Shown here in pieces: positions 30,795 to 32,000 of a DNA stretch of 32,000 nucleotides. Under the pieces are notes generated by a model. That model did not search any database. It was given only the letters and a program-made list of their open reading frames with translations, and was not told the DNA's origin. The position numbers and the translations under genes were made by a program. Source of the DNA: Dickeya solani IPO 2222 (GTDB taxonomy: Bacteria > Pseudomonadota > Gammaproteobacteria > Enterobacterales > Enterobacteriaceae); the NCBI RefSeq assembly GCF_001644705.1, contig NZ_CP015137.1:840001-872000 (forward strand), in the 5' to 3' direction. How positions within the stretch are numbered: position 1 is the stretch's first letter; the number at the start of each line of letters is the position of its first letter.

Positions 30795-31589
30795 ATGAAA
30801 GCGACGACTATTTCTCATCTGCGCCAGTGGAAACAGGAACAGAAAAAGTTCGCCACGTTAACGGCTTACGACGCCAGCTTCGCCCAGTTGTTTTATGAAC
30901 AGGGCATCCGCGTAATGCTGGTGGGGGACTCTCTCGGTATGCCCGTACAGGGCCACGACTCGACCCTGCCCGTCACCATTGACGATATGGTTTATCACAC
31001 CCGTTGCGTACGGCGCGGCGCGCCGCATTGTTTGCTGTTATCCGACCTCCCCTTCATGGGTGCCGCCACGCCGGAACAAGCCTGCCAGCAAGCCGCCGCA
31101 CTGATGCGCGCCGGCGCCAATATGGTTAAAATCGAAGGCGGTAGCTGGCTCGTGCCGACCGTGCGTATGCTGACCGAACGCGCCGTCCCGGTGTGTGGAC
31201 ACCTGGGGCTGACCCCGCAGTCGGTCAATATCTTTGGCGGCTACAAAGTCCAGGGGCGCGATGAAGCCGCCGCCAGCCAACTGCTGGAAGATGCGTTGGC
31301 GCTGGAACAGGCGGGCGCTCAGTTGCTGGTGCTGGAATGCGTGCCGGTATCGCTGGCGCAGCGGGTGACCGACGCGCTCAGCATCCCGGTCATCGGCATC
31401 GGCGCCGGTAATGTCACCGACGGCCAGATTCTGGTAATGCACGACGCGCTGGGCGTGACCGGCGGCCATACGCCGAAATTCGCCCGCAATTTCATGGCGG
31501 AAGCGGCGGATATCCGCGCCGCCGTTCGCCTGTATGTGCAGGACGTCGAACAGGGAACGTTTCCCGATGAGAAATACAGTTTTGTTTAA
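30795..31589 (+). CDS. panB: 3-methyl-2-oxobutanoate hydroxymethyltransferase, 264 aa
   Basis: [15 protein letters not shown]...MLVGDSLGM...MVKIEGG...LVLECVP. Length equals E. coli PanB. Confidence 0.96.
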   Translation: MKATTISHLRQWKQEQKKFATLTAYDASFAQLFYEQGIRVMLVGDSLGMPVQGHDSTLPVTIDDMVYHTRCVRRGAPHCLLLSDLPFMGAATPEQACQQAAALMRAGANMVKIEGGSWLVPTVRMLTERAVPVCGHLGLTPQSVNIFGGYKVQGRDEAAASQLLEDALALEQAGAQLLVLECVPVSLAQRVTDALSIPVIGIGAGNVTDGQILVMHDALGVTGGHTPKFARNFMAEAADIRAAVRLYVQDVEQGTFPDEKYSFV

Positions 31590-31604
31590 CTCAGGAGCAA
31601 GCGT

Positions 31605-32000
31605 GTGTTGATTATTGAAACGCCGGTGCTGCTGCGCCGAGAACTCCGCCGCTGGCGTCAGGAAGGGAAGCGTATCGCCCTGGTGCCCACTATGGGCAAC
31701 CTGCATGACGGACACCTGACGCTGGTGGACGAAGCCCGAGCCTGGGCCGACATCGTGGTGGTCAGTATTTTTGTCAATCCATTGCAGTTTAACCGGGCCG
31801 ACGATCTGGCCCGCTACCCGCGCACCCTGCAGGAAGACTGCGAGAAGCTGACGCGCCGCGGCGTTGATCTGGTATTCTCGCCCGCGCCGGACACCCTCTA
31901 CCCTAACGGCCTGCAACAGCAGACGTTTGTGGAAGTACCGGGGCTATCGCAGATGCTGGAAGGTGCCAGCCGTCCGGGGCATTTCCGTGGCGTCGCTACC
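31605..32000 (+). CDS. panC: pantoate--beta-alanine ligase, 3' end cut by the window edge (132 codons present)
   Basis: Not in the ORF track because no stop is reached. GTG 31605 has AGGAG 7 nt upstream. Translation (M)[43 protein letters not shown]...[29 protein letters not shown]...[15 protein letters not shown] matches PanC. Confidence 0.93.
   Translation, partial: MLIIETPVLLRRELRRWRQEGKRIALVPTMGNLHDGHLTLVDEARAWADIVVVSIFVNPLQFNRADDLARYPRTLQEDCEKLTRRGVDLVFSPAPDTLYPNGLQQQTFVEVPGLSQMLEGASRPGHFRGVAT

Overview
This window reads as conserved core chromosome from a fairly GC-rich member of the Enterobacterales; I cannot name the species from sequence alone. I can place 27 protein-coding genes (ung and panC are cut by the window edges), one decayed pseudogene and 6 tRNA genes. 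Left to right: ung, two identical tRNA-Ala(GGC), gltX, a tRNA-Val x3 / tRNA-Lys operon, a DoxX-family gene, cysAWUP, cdaR, degP, dgt, mtnN, btuF, erpA, a clcA remnant, hemL, fhuBDC, mrcB, hrpB, thpR, sfsA, dksA, gluQ, pcnB, folK, panB, panC. From cdaR rightwards the order is collinear (inverted) with my recollection of the E. coli K-12 min 3-4 region, but yadS, fhuA and the yad fimbrial block are absent. The left 7.9 kb corresponds to loci that lie near min 54-58 in E. coli. No unassigned gap exceeds about 330 bp. I saw no CRISPR array, IS or transposon, integrase, prophage, toxin-antitoxin pair or defence-island signature, and no orphan multi-gene block. I therefore do not support the presence of a novel multi-gene system here. 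The points most worth a second look are small-scale: (1) clcA is reduced to a roughly 120-codon in-frame mosaic remnant with a TAG at codon 8; (2) thpR carries Arg in place of the second catalytic His of the 2H-phosphoesterase HxTx motif; (3) pcnB has no canonical start codon and must initiate at ATT or ATC, as documented for E. coli; (4) the fhuCDB operon has no fhuA and carries its own Fur-box-like promoter region; (5) DegP has an acidic replacement in the LA-loop linker; (6) several short repeats, a candidate uORF and start-codon corrections to the ORF track. Hairpin and motif coordinates were read by eye and may be off by 1-2 nt.
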